Of a stretch of 64,000 nucleotides of DNA, positions 13,823 through 26,560 are shown in pieces. Every line of letters starts with the position of its first letter. Positions within the stretch are counted from its first letter, which is position 1. The stretch is from Psilocybe cubensis (Eukaryota). The stretch is taken from contig CM039007.1 of assembly GCA_017499595.2 (NCBI GenBank), positions 62,001-126,000 on the forward strand, read 5' to 3'. Position numbers and translations under genes: made by a program. The notes below the pieces were generated by a model. The model did not search any database, was not told the DNA's origin, and was given only the letters and a program-made list of their open reading frames with translations.

Positions 13823-14736
13823 AGTCTTTCAGTGGGAGTTCCTCGACACACGCGGAAAATTGGATAAGAAATTTAGGTATCACTTTGGAGAAATGCTGGG
13901 CAGATATTGGTTGATGGAGTGGCTTGTAAAATGTGGTACACAAATAGTAATATATACGGAGAAAATATCTAAAAAGATGGAAAAGAAATTAGGGAATATC
14001 AGAGTGCTTTTAAGTGATCATCCAAGCTTTCTGAGGTTGGATAACGCACCAAATATACTTTGGAAAATTCTCGCTGACGCGCATCCTAGGCAGTCTCCAC
14101 CGCATTTTGTCTCTTTCTTTGGGTTACCAGATCTTATATCCTCGTATATGTATCTGTCCTGTGTGGTTATTCAAGGATATCCGACCAGCATTGTCATGAA
14201 TTGCAGTGAAAGATCGTCTCGTACTATACAATCAATATGGCTCCGAGTTAAAGCCGAATTGTTCCACTAGGACAGGATGAATGTTTTGGTCCTACAACGG
14301 TGGTTCTTCGTCCTATCTAGTATGCTTCGTGGATCTGACACAGTGAGCTTGAAGCTGAATAGAATCATAGTAAGTTTACTGACTCATTGTCGGTGGTTCA
14401 CCAGTATGATTCACCGAATCTAAAGCCCTAGCTAGCCTACACAGTTGGAACAGCTTATACAAATCAGTCAATACTGCACTTGTGCCTTTGACCAGAAACA
14501 TGAATCCTTTCAAGTAGGCTATTCCAGGAGGATCTTCTGACTTCTATTGTAATTCTGAATCCACGTCATACATGCACGCACAGCTGGTGAGATAGAAGTC
14601 AACAGAAAATGATTATTTGTGACTAATATTTGAATATTATGTTGAGAAACACTATATAAACTGGCAGCACAAGCAACTGGTATCTCAGAGCTCTTTTTTA
14701 CACAAAAACTCTAGTTTCCTCTCAATTATACCAGAA

Positions 14737-15168
14737 ATGTTTGTCCATCGTGCAATCATCACTGCCAGCTCCATCATGTTGGGGTCCGCTCTTGTAGCAA
14801 TGGCCTCTCCAGCTCTTGGCGCTGTTTCTCAAAACTCCCTCAATGCGTCTTGCAGGACTATGGCAAAGGCGTACGATGCTGCAAATCCCGACATGTTTGC
14901 ATGGTCGGATGTGCAAAAAGGCTGTACCGTGGCAAGCACAGCGGATTCAAGGTAACCAATGTTCTACGATACAATTGAGTATGGTTCATTGATTAGTCTT
15001 TACAGCCAACTCGTATCTAGGGACAAATCAGCTGCACAGTCATGTCCCGAAGGATATAGCTCTTGCATTGCCGACTGTTCCCAATATGACCCCTCTGATT
15101 ATGAGGAGGGTGAATCGGGCGCAAGCATCGGTTGCATTTTATCATGCGTCTTCCGTTGCAGTTTTTGA
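14737..15168 (+). CDS. Secreted Cys-rich 'CPEGY' peptide precursor, paralog 2 (most divergent)
   Basis: TATATAAA at 14653; signal peptide; intron 14952-15005 in the same phase as the paralogs; exon 2 ...SCPEGYSSCIADCSQYDPSDYEEGESGASIGCILSCVFRCSF*. Confidence 0.87.
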
Positions 15169-15293
15169 AGGGGTATTGGAAATAAATACACGAAAATGAC
15201 GTCTTTCTATTCAAATAATAGCCTACGCAAAGGTCTTCTTCGATAGCACTTGTAAGACGTAGCACACAAAAAAATATGTTTCCTCCTGAATGA

Positions 15294-15750
15294 TTGAGGC
15301 GTGGGAATGTTCTCACATGACTTGTGGGACTTAACCGACCAATGCCCGAACGTCCGAATATCCTGTTTCCTCCTTCCAACGCGCATGAGCATGTAGTCCA
15401 CCAAAAGAGTCAACCTGGGCCTGCTATAGAAGGTTTTAGTTATGTTACTGGGCATTTCATATGTGTCTGATGAGTCATGGTGTTTCGATATCTATCCATA
15501 TCCTGACGACTAACCCATCACTCTTCCTGTGTTCTGCAGGCTTCCCTTCCTTCTCAGCTTACGTTCCGGGTCTTCCTTCATTCAATGAATGATATCAACT
15601 CTTTCATTCCGTATCCAGAGACAACTTTCTGAGAGAAAGCTTAACGCACCCAGACAAGATGAAGGATTGGTTTGTAGACGTGGACAACAGGAGGTGACGG
15701 GAACGGCACGGACGGCGTCAGATATCAAGTCAAGGTGCGTAGTTACCTCT
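15294..15750 (+). repeat. Diverged direct repeat, copy B (copy A ~7010-7465)
   Basis: Same ordered sequence blocks as 7010-7465. Confidence 0.75.
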
Positions 15751-18700
15751 TCCCGCCCCAGCCTCTACCATATGTTCTCATTGGAAGACACATCTTTCAT
15801 GGCACTCACTCCTTCGCAGCTCCCTCCTTCAACCCATCATCGTGTTGGCTCTTCTGAACCCACCAACCCGTTACCCAACTCAACATCTCAACCCCCAGTG
15901 TCAGCATTGTATGTACCCATGCCGTCCGGTAAGAACAGTGGCTTTACCTTGTCAGCTCCCCCTCCCCCCTTGGCTGTTAAATTCGATTTCCCACCCACAC
16001 ATAAGCACCTCATACCTCCTAAACCTTATGTCTCCAAGGTATGAGACTCTCACGCGCTATTGTATCATTCACAGAATGCACATTCCCTTCCGGCTAAAGC
16101 CACTGCCTTCGTGTTGAAAGTAGCATTTGGCTCCTAATCGCAACGACATTTGACGAAGGCTACCTGGATATTTTGAGGGTGGGTAGCCATTTTGTCATGA
16201 GTGCGTCTACTAAGTACAGTAACTTGACAATATAGTAAACACACCGTTTCCCAAATTTGAAACCAAAACTGCCTGCCTATTCCTGCCTATCAATATATCC
16301 AATCGCCCCCTCATTGTACCCATTCCACTTCCACTCCGTCCCTTTCCATCACCCGCACTCCTCCGTCAAGGGCATACACTGACCACACAGGTCTTTACGC
16401 GCCTCACTAGCTACTGGCATAAAGTTTTCTTCAGCCTCCCACGTTTGGGAGCAAATAAGTGATCATTTAGGGTGAAGCGGGACCTTAAAGTGCAGTCTGA
16501 CATTACGAGTACTAAGGTATGCCACACCTACCCTTCTAACAACGCTTATGATCGACATCCATGCTAATCCCGTGGCTCTGGTATTCATGTCATTCTTTAG
16601 AGCCTCCCCGTCTACCTTACCAATGCCCCATTCCTTTTTTCTATCCTTGGGCATTCGACTTTTTTCTCATTACGTCCACTGACCTTACATCAAACAGAGC
16701 GCCTTTGCCACTGGGAAAATTCAAAATTGCAACAGACGACCGCAAGACCCGCATACATCCCTCCTTCGATTGCTAATAGCGGATGACAATGCCCAATGCT
16801 GGGAAGCATGACGAATACAACCAATGGAAATTCTGTACCCGATCTAACATCATTTCTTTGAAGCGGATAAGCCCTCCGCAGCGTCTATACACAATCATAC
16901 GCTCAGTGTTGATATTTCGTGATTGCTGTCATGTTGAATTCGTCTGAGGTACGACAATATACCCTCACATGTCGGAAGATGTGTGTTACTGTGATGTGAG
17001 ATGTCTGCAGGTGCGTTCAAAGTTTTTGTTTACCTATGATATATATGGCACGCCCGCAGCATGCCTAGGAGCGACGCCTGACATCGCTAGCCTTGAGGTG
17101 TCAGTATTGCTCTTTGTCGGTGGTGATTGCTTTCTAGAATTCATCCAACTGATTGGCCGTGCGTTCCTCATCTGACCTCCAGACAAGGATGCCCCCATGA
17201 TGATTCTCTTGTTCTGGCTTGAGTTAATCCCGCTCCTCTTTTAGTTATGCTCGTCCAAGTCGGCTTTTGGCGGTTCAGGGCGATGCACCTTTCAGATATG
17301 TATGTCCAATCAACCACAAGTGTAACGACTACAAGAACCGGTTTTCTATTGCTTCTTGCGTTTAGTTCGCGAGAAAATATGTTATTGTTGGATCCTTGAT
17401 TCCATGCTCAAGAGGAAATCCTTATACAAGTAGTATCACCTTATGCTGCAGTTAACGAACCCTCCCACATATGACACGGCAGCGGGATTGAAGGCCGATA
17501 TTATGTTTTCTATTTCAATGTACTCGTTGAACAGAGTCAGGCCGACCTTTCAATTGTATGCCAACTCAGACACATCATTGAGGTCTAGCCTTGTCGTGTA
17601 TTTGACAATGAAAAATCAAATTAGAAGTCTTTACTAATGACCTGCCATGGTGGTACCTTGGCCTAATCCAATACGTGTACGGTGAAACAGAACGCCGAAT
17701 GCAGCATTGTTTATTTTTCGTTTTGTGCACAGTTTTTGGCACCGTGTATGATACGGCATGGGTTAGCCGCCTGCAGCCGACGTCATGAAAATGCGCTTAG
17801 CGCCGCCAACGGACTTGGACTTGTGACCAGCTCCTCAGCAAGCTCGAGTTGCCCCACCACCACTGCCTCTTCCAACGTGCGACGTGGGATTGTACAACAG
17901 TCTCAAGTCAGACGAATCGTTGTAGCTTTCTGTATTGAATGTTCTAATACATGGTAAACTTGACATTCAATTAAGTAGTGCGGCAATGAACTAAAAAGGT
18001 GTATATGCCATACCCACCTTTTTCACATTGTTTGATGCGTGAGGACCAGAGAGATTTTAATAGATAATTTTGATCATCCAGTTTAACGGTTCCATGTTTC
18101 TGATTTCCCTGGTAGGTAATCCTCTATTTCTTAATGATTTGGATGCCTATCCACCATCGTGTTGATCAGTCAGGCTTTCATGTATTCTGATCGTACGTTT
18201 TGAGCCGCAAAAATATGTGAAAGCGGCTTATCACATAGTTGAAACTCTGCACCGGAAATTAACTGCAAAACAAGAGATTCATGAGGTGGTATCTCACTGT
18301 GATCGTGGGTATGTCTCTCAGGTTGTGTGCTCAATGGACAATTCTGCAAACACGGTGACAGGTAGGCTGATTTGCTGACGAGTAAATTATACTCATGTCA
18401 GTAATCTAATACTCTGATACGGCCTCAACATCTTCGGAAGTTCAGAAAGGCAAGCGACCCCAAGATGTGCAGAGTAACTAAGCATCCAATCAATCTTGAA
18501 TATAGATCTCTTTCATTGTAGTTTCTGAGTCACAGACTCGATATTCCGACCCATACCGATAAATCGCGATGGGATAGCCTTTGAAATTTGAAGTTTAAAG
18601 CACCGTGAACCTGCTGCTATCCCACATCAGAATATTTCCGGTCCATTGCTTTGTCCGAAAACCACTGGTGATACTAAATTGACTCTTTAATATCCACAGC

Positions 18701-19341
18701 CTAAGACAAATGAACAACTATATTGGTTAAAAAATTAACCCTGACACTGCATGGGAGTTTTCATTGCCCTTGACCAAATCTCGATGTAAGATAAAATATT
18801 CCAGATCACACCAAACAAAGTACACTATGAAGAGTATGACTTAGGTTCTGCTATATGCACAGGAATCGAGCGATAGTGCAAACGCAAAAGAGATTATACA
18901 ACTAAAATTTATTGTCAGATAGCTTGCAAAACTGACAAGACAGATTTGCTGCAATGCTTGAGCAAGGTTTATTTTTCGTAAGCTCGTGTGCGGGACAATA
19001 CACTCGCATACTTGGTTTTGCGGGCCTTTTTACTGGTGTGGTAGAAAAATTATGTTATCCGTTAACTCGCATACTGTCCTTCCATAATTACAGGACTATC
19101 CAAGATGACTACAGATCTGAAATATGCTATGACTGAGAATGGCATCAAGATTCCAGAGTCACCATCCATACTAGTAGAAGTCCAATGGCGGAATAAATAT
19201 TTGATTTTAAAATATTAAGATGTCAGCCCAACGGTATATAAACTGGCAATATCGAACGACTGAATCCCAACAAACAGAGCAAATTCCTCTGCAGTGTTCG
19301 AACAATCTCTCCCCTCGTAGCCACCATCACTTAACTCTAGA

Positions 19342-19773
19342 ATGCGAGTACAACGCGAAATGCTCGTTCCTTTCTCCGTTTTATTGAGCACCGCGCTCCT
19401 GGCGACGGCTCAAACCGCATCAGCTCAAACCCGTCTCGACACCTTGTGCAAGGCCGCCGAAGTCGCGTGCAGCAATGTCGGAAGCGCCAAATTGGCTGCC
19501 GACTCTTCATTCACCGCACAGAAGCAAACTGGGGTGGATGATGCCAGGTGAGACACTTGTTGCTTGTCTAACGTTTCTTAACTTTGATTAACATGCCGTA
19601 TGCAATAAAGTAAATCCAACGGTGAAACAGTGCCAAACGAAACATTTTTATGCCCTGAAGGATACGATAAATGTGTTGCAAATTGTAGGGATCTCGAACA
19701 CGGTGGCTGGGACAGTGGCGGAACCGGCGCATATTTGGGATGTGTTGTGTCGTGCCTCCGTTGTAAGATATGA
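19342..19773 (+). CDS. Secreted Cys-rich 'CPEGY' peptide precursor, paralog 3
   Basis: TATATAAA at 19235; intron 19548-19610; exon 2 SKSNGETVPNETFLCPEGYDKCVANCRDLEHGGWDSGGTGAYLGCVVSCLRCKI*. Confidence 0.9.
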
Positions 19774-21016
19774 AGCAGTTGGTGGGAAGTTCTAGAAACT
19801 CGGGATTTTGGTATGGAACTCAAGGATAACCTTCGAAAAAGACCACTACGCAGAGATTAGTTGACGAAGTGGCTCATAAGACGTGGTACAAAAAAATATA
19901 ATGGCGTGTATATCTTGGTTGATTACTCTTTTCCTGTGAAACCACTGGGAACGTATAGTTCTTCCCTTCAAGGTAAACTCTGTATATATCAATGAAAGAA
20001 GCTTTACGGACCCCTGGTTTGTTAGATGTGGTGCACCAGGCGGTTTGTCTGGAGAAAATGTGTCAGAAACCATAGGAATCTGATATCCAGATTAAGAAAG
20101 TAAAGACCGTGGCCGACTCAGTTGTGGCTGTCCCATAATATGACTCTAAGGTATGTGTTACCTTTGTCCTAATCAAATGTACCCTCTGTGCATGCTGTGA
20201 TTAGGGCATAGGAAAAAATAAGTGCAGCGTAAGTGCGCAAGTGCAAAACGTGCAAATGCAAGTGCACGGTGGCTGTGCTGCAGTGCAGTGCGAGTGCATG
20301 CGAGTGCAGTGCGAGTGCATGCAAGTGCATGCAAGTGCGCGCAAGTTACGAGTCTTTACGTAAGTAAAGATGAGTTCTTTTATCCCCACAACCCAGCGAG
20401 CAAAAATGTCCTCGCCAATTGTCCCCATCAAAATATTATTGATGCGATCAATGTCGTTACCGCTATCGGTATTTTCCTTAAGCGGTCACCGGACCCCCTA
20501 AGCAACCCCTTTCCAATTCATTCTACGACTTCTTTTTACCATTGGTTACTTTAAAGGTTGTTTTTGATTTGTTTTGATCACAATGTGAATGTGCGTTTCC
20601 ATAAAATTAATTATACCCAACAACAATAGTCCTACTCAATTCACTTTTTTGCGTTGTTGTTTAATTTTTAAAACCATGTGGAACCGTCTAGCCAACGTGC
20701 TTATATATTGTACTAATACTTAGAGATGGAACAAATGCACTCTTTGAACTATGGGTCTGAAAGGTTGGAAATAGAACTGTGCAGGCACACACGTTCCTTG
20801 ATATCGGTAGCTTCATCAATCAGAGTTCAAATAGAAATAATTACGCGTTCTTGGGTTCTGGGCGTTCTGTACTATTTGAATTTGATTTTCTGATTCATGA
20901 TTGTTTCTCACGCATACCAATTTGTTCTTCCCCTACGTTGGGCGTCTATCGGCTTACGGTTAATATATTTATTGACGTAGTATAGACAATGCACTTTTCT
21001 CTGCACTGTTTTACCC

Positions 21017-23964
21017 ATGGCTTCCGCGTTATCCCCCCGTTTCCAACAGTATGTTCACTGTTTTATCTCATTTGGTTATTACTTATTTTTTAGAGTCTTT
21101 CCGCCTCCCATGGACGATGTGTACATGGATCAGATGGATCTGAAAACCCTCTACCGTTTCTCTTGGACTTGCAAGGAGCTAAACGACCGCGTTTCGGGCT
21201 ATATGCGCCGCGCCTTCCGTCCCAAAAATTTATTTGCTCCTATCTTCAAACCCAATGAACATTTGCTGTTTCGTCTTCTCCAGTTCAAGACTGGCCTGGT
21301 TATTTCAGGTTCCACCGTTTTGCATTTTACTTGTTTTAGTGGTCCAACGCAAAGCGTGGCATGACAAGACTTTACATCTCACAATTGTATAAAATATTTT
21401 TTAATCTAGATTTATATAACATAGTTAATATATATTAATATGTTCTGAATGCACAGCCAGATACTGGGCAAGGTTATGATTAATTACTATGACTTAGGTC
21501 TACTACAAGCTTAGTTGTGTCAGACACAAAAAATAGCTGCACAGGTTATAAGGCCTAATTGTAAGGAAGAACTTGTCTATTATAATTTTCATACCTGCTA
21601 AATATTGAAGAATTCCAGATCTGCTGGGAGAATCCCGTATGGAAAACTGATGGAAGAATGCTCATGTGTATGGCTGCCCAAGTGGGGACATATTTCCCAT
21701 AAATATAATTTTCTTATTTTTGAAAAGTGCATCAAGAGTGAAACAATATTGTGTGCAAAAACATTTGTTTGGTGCGCATATTTCTTTTTGGCATAGTTTG
21801 ATGTTGCTGTGAACACAATTGGCTGTGTGGAAACATATTTCAAGCATAATTTGCAAGTGTTAGTGCATTATTTCTTCCCCAAAATACATTCAATGCATGG
21901 AAAACATTATTCAAAATGACCATCTCTTGACCAAAGTGGCCAGTGCTCAATGCAAATTGAGTGTAGCGACCGTGGGAATATCCTGCGTACAGTGTGCGCA
22001 GGATATTCCCACGACCTGCTTATTAATTCACGGCCAGTACAAACACCACAGCAAGTAAAATATAATAAGATCATCTAAACTAGGACTGAAAATAATTATT
22101 ATTGCCAAAAATACTTGTATTTTACCTAAAGTATATGCAATGCATCTCAGTAATATATCAGGAATTACCAGAGAAGTTCAAGTTGCTCAATGCAAAGTGC
22201 GGCAACCGTGAGAATAACTTGCATACACTATATGCAAGTTATTCCTACAGTCTGCTTATTAATTCATGGCCAGTATGAACAGCACAACAAGTTTAATATG
22301 ACAAGTTATTTGAAGTGGCATTAAAGATAATAGCTAGATACATAATGTTTATTATTCTTTATTCTATGCCACCACAGTCTGCTAGTCATTCATGCTAAAT
22401 TTTTTTTGATAACAATAAAGCATTCTATTTACCTCTACTTGCCGTTAGAGGTGTATAAAGCATGCAAAACAGTTGGTATGTAATTGATTGTGACTAATTA
22501 ATGGCCTTAAATCAGTTGAATGAGGTCATTATTATAAAATTTTTGGTTATGAGCGATGATTATCTGTGTCAAAATGTTTAACTTGCAATTAAAAAGTCAT
22601 AATGTAATGGTATCTAATTTTGTTTTCTACCATATGGCAGCTAACCTATCTACCTAGCTAATATCTAGTATTTTAATTTCCATATTCCCTTGGTAGGAAC
22701 AAAAACTAACAGAAATTCTATGATAGTAACCGATTATTAAGTCAAGCATAACGGTTAAGTAAAAAACTGGTATTAATCACGCAATTTTGATGGCATTAAT
22801 GATTTACTGATGGGGACAATTGGCAAGGACATATTTTTGTACAGTGGGTTGTGGGGATAAAAGAACTCGCTTTACTTACATAAAGTTTCGTAATCAATCG
22901 TGCTAATATATGGATTCCGGGTGACATGGACATGTATGTCGAGCACAGATATGCTCTTCCCGTTCTTTCCTGGATGATGTCCATTGGATTTACTATCATG
23001 CCGCATCCCAAATATCCGGACAACACCACAGCGGAAAAAATTTTGAAAATGGAAAAAATCGTCCTTCAGAAACATCCTCTTCATCGACATTACAATACCA
23101 CTGGAGTGGTTGTTAACCTATGGTGCCAAGGTTCTTTTGTCCAACTGATTACGACTTGTCAATCAGTGGTAGAATGCATTTTGGGGTATCATAGCAGTAT
23201 GTCCCCAATGTCATGTGTCAAAACAATGTTAACTTCAATTTTGTTCTACTGCAGCCGGCGTCATGAATTTTGTTACCTTTGAGAAGGTGTACAGCTTGTA
23301 TCCAAATGCTACCTTTGGACATCAAGTCTCTCTGTTGCAACCTTCTGCCGACCTCAAGCGCGGGCAAAAATTTCTTGCAAAATATCATTCCCATGGCTTG
23401 AAATTTGTTCTTTCCATTCCATTGCAAACTTTGAAAATGGACCGCCATATCCAAAGCAGAATACAGTCTATCAGGGACAACGTAAATGTTGGGTATAGTT
23501 CATCTCGTGGTCATGTTCTTGTTGTGCTGGATTACGATCCTTATCCAGAGTTGTTCTCTCCTGGGATTAGACGGGCTGGTGACAGGCATTGTTGGGTTTA
23601 TTCTTTGCCTCTTTTACCCAAAGCAAATCAGACTTCCTTTGTTGAAGCCAATTCGTGGGCATTGTTGCTCAATGAATTTGATTGTTTGCATTTTGGTGTC
23701 CGTCACATCAGCGGTATCGCATTAGATTTTCACTACACAGCGGCAGATGTTTACCAATTACACAAGCGTGTCAAAAAAGCTATCAAATCCTGGGAAAGGG
23801 GTATAAGGTGTGTGCTCTTTAGTTTTAGTATTTGTCAATTTAATTCCTGTAATGTAGGCAAAAAGATGACCGTGTATATGCAACTGTTTTGTATTTGCTA
23901 TCCAGAAAGGCAGATATTTTTTGGTTGCATTGCCCTCAACCACAAAGCCTCTTGTGGAATGGAT
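21017..23964 (+). pseudogene. F-box-like plus nucleotidyltransferase-like cargo gene interrupted by a ~1.55-kb AT-rich insert
   Basis: The 5' part DQMDLKTLYRFSWTCKELNDRV...FRLLQFKTGLVISGSTVLHF (to ~21328) resumes at ~22890 as INRANIWIPGDMDMYV...VQLITT...ILGYHS|..VMNFVT...SLYP. The GS...DxD motif is split by the insert. The 3' end is approximate. Confidence 0.65.
21971..22249. repeat. Two 43-bp palindromes within a ~236-bp tandem duplication
   Basis: cgtgggaatatcctgcg-tacagtgtg-cgcaggatattcccacg (21971-22013, perfect 17-bp arms) and a decayed copy at 22207-22249. Both are followed by ctgcttattaattca.ggccagta. Confidence 0.85.
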
Positions 23965-24068
23965 ATTTGTAATTTCTTCCATCCTTAGTCAAATTTTTGT
24001 TCGAAATAAACTTGTGTTCTCGTCCTCATTCTTTTTGTCTTAATTTGTAAGTTTGACTTGCGGATGAG

Positions 24069-24250
24069 CGTGGGAATATCCTGCGTAAAGTGTCCGCAGA
24101 ATATTCCCACAGTCAACCTCTCCCGATATTCAGCCCAGTGTGGGAATATTCTGCGTACAGTGTACGCAGAATTCTCCCACGGACTTCCTCGCCGATATTC
24201 AGCCGAGTGTGGGAATATTCTGCATACAGTGTACGCAGGATTCTCCCATG
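24069..24250. repeat. Array of three 43-bp palindromes (period ~70 bp) between convergent cargo genes
   Basis: Units at 24069, 24139 and 24208 (gtgggaatat.ctgc.ta.agtgt.cgcag.at..tccca). The spacers share ccgatattcagcc. Confidence 0.9.
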
Positions 24251-24394
24251 GGGTGCCAACTAACACCTTCAGATAATTTCTGTCATGAAAATGACTTGAC
24301 AAATTATTCCTTGTTATTTACAATGTTCACGCAAATGGATTGATTGTTTGTTCAGCACATTTATGATATCCTTGTCTTTCTATGTACATATGTA

Positions 24395-25369
24395 TTAATC
24401 TTGGGACATAGTATTGCTATTGTGGACTGTGTCCTCATTTAAGCACATACGTGTCATCCTCTGTTGCGTGTCTTCAATGTCAATCTGACCTTTGTACAGC
24501 TGCCTTTTTGTTCTACACAAAACAGCAACCTGTCTTTTCGCTGGAGTATAGCGCGACCGCATTCTGAGAATATCAGCTTTCTGTTGGAAGTTATGAATGG
24601 CTATGAGACTGTTCAATGTAACATTGCTTACCTCTCTTGCCTCCTGGTCCAAGACAAGTATTCCGCGAAGAGCGACAACAAATTTGTACTTGTTTCCTTG
24701 GGCAGGAAATGCAACAAAGGCAACACTGATCTCGACAATGTCTCCAATTCGTATGGAGGCAGGATTATAAGAATAATATCTGTTGCAACATGATATTAGT
24801 TTGGTTGTGATGTGTTGTTGGTATTTTCTAAACATACCTGGCTGTTCCGTCAGGAAGTATATCCCGACGAAGAAACTGTACCTTGTTATCGATTGCGTGG
24901 ATGAAACTGTCCCCTACCATGGACGCCAACACGTTATCAGGGTTGACCAGGGGATGAAAACCTATGTTGTCAGATTTGTCTTGATATGCGGATACCTTCG
25001 TGAAATATTGGCTATGCGCATGGAAAACATTGAAACCCGTGTCTTTGTGAAGAACTGGGTCATAGCCGCTGACGCTGTCCGCGGGAAAATTGTTTGCAAA
25101 ACGGAGGAAAACTTCTTCTAGCTTTTCCATCACCTTATTGAACACAATGTCTCCGAGTCCCGTGATAGCAATGGCGGTACGTAAATATGGTTGTTGCTTG
25201 ACCGTTCTGTCGCGGCTGTAACAGTCCTCATTTGTAATTAATTCACCTCAATGGAGTGGACGTACGAAGCAGGCTTTGCCATTGGTGGTAGCATCTTGTC
25301 GCTAACTATGCCTTGGAGTCTGAATATCACTTTGTCCATTGCACCGATATCCACGTCAAAGTTGGACAT
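24395..25369 (-). CDS. Hypothetical transposon cargo protein, multi-exon (possibly beta-barrel/OB-like)
   Basis: ATG at 25369 (MSNFDVDIGAMDKVIFRLQGIVSDKMLPP). It joins ORFs 24828..25145 and 24395..24835 through short GT-AG introns. Motif PASIRIGDIVEISVAFVAFP...KFVVALRGILVLD. Confidence 0.65.
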
Positions 25370-26560
25370 ATTTATATTATATTATATATATATTATATTA
25401 TTACAAAGCGTGACGCTGAATCGTAAAGACTCGTCATGCCACGCTCCGCGGTGGCCCACTAAAACAAGTGCACGTGAGTGCACGCGAGTGCAGTGCAAGT
25501 GCACGCAAGTGCAGTGCAGTGCAAGTGCAGTGTAACACAAGTGCATGTGACATAAATGTGACATAAATTAGAAGGTTATCGGAGACGAGTCAATTATTGT
25601 ATAATTGCCAGCAGAATCTCCAGCTATAAGCATACTTTTTAATGTTACCCAATTGCTTAATCCGAATAGCGGAGGTTTTAGCAGGCAGACATTGTTTTGC
25701 TTGATGTAGTACCTCATCATTGTAGAGAGAATATTCAAACTTATTTTCAATTTATTTCGCCCCAAGTTGCCCAAAGAGAATAAAAAACACCATTCGGGAG
25801 AATGGGTACACCACACAGACCGAAATATGTAAGTTTTATGTTTCATTTGATCATACTCCAAGGCACAAGGTGTATTTACAACGAGTTCATTGGTCCATGT
25901 GACGACAGATCACAAGTCCGTGACAACACATCCCTGGCAGTGCAATGTGACATAAAATGGCGCACAAACTGTCTGAAGCATATTTTAGAATAAATAGTCT
26001 AACAGAGGCAGTATTCAAAACTAATGCTAGCAGCAAAAATTGTTCATTTGCCTCAGACCTCAGTTGTACGAGCAAAACATGGCATGTTCTCCTCACTCGG
26101 CATGCACCGGCACCTTAGTCCCGAGGAAATAATTGTGACATATTGGCACATTTGTCACACGCGACTCTGCACTTGCATTGCACTTGCATACACTTGCATG
26201 CACTTGCATGCACTTGCGTGCACTTATTTTTCTATTTGCCCCTGTTAGGAATCGACTTAAGTCAAGAGAGAAGAATGCCCAAAGACCAAGTTGATATCGA
26301 AGCTGGGGTCTGACTACTGACCCCAGGACCCTATATATACATGGAGACCGGAGTAACTACTTCCCGGACCAGAGTACTCGACATATGACAACTATCAATA
26401 GATGAAACAGGAGAACGATAGACGTGGGACCGAACACAAAGATAGAACAAGGCATGACAGCGTGGGACCGTAACAGATAACGATAACGGATAGGGGTGGC
26501 ACCAATACGTACCCTGACATCACCTCCCCTCTAAAGGTCGGTGTCCCAACGACCTGGTCT

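Larger units (their letters stand above)
20204..26241. mobile_element. Non-autonomous TIR DNA transposon with cargo genes; 9-bp TSD CTGTGATTA (20195-20203 and 27830-27838)
   Basis: Left end GGGCATAGGAAAAAATAAGTGCA; the right end reverse-complements to GGGCAAATAGAAAAATAAGTGCA. Both ends carry subterminal GCAAGTGCA arrays. The TSD is restored when the nested LTR element is removed. Superfamily is uncertain: the TSD length fits MULE, and a KDZ relative is not excluded. Confidence 0.85.

Noticed and set aside
13641..14270. 209-aa ORF
   Set aside because: It overlaps exon 2 of peptide paralog 1 in a different frame and has no recognisable features; the Cys pattern conserved across paralogs is in the other frame.
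24069..24250. CRISPR-like array of palindromic repeats with spacers
   Set aside because: Eukaryotic context, only three units, spacers resemble each other, and there are no cas genes.
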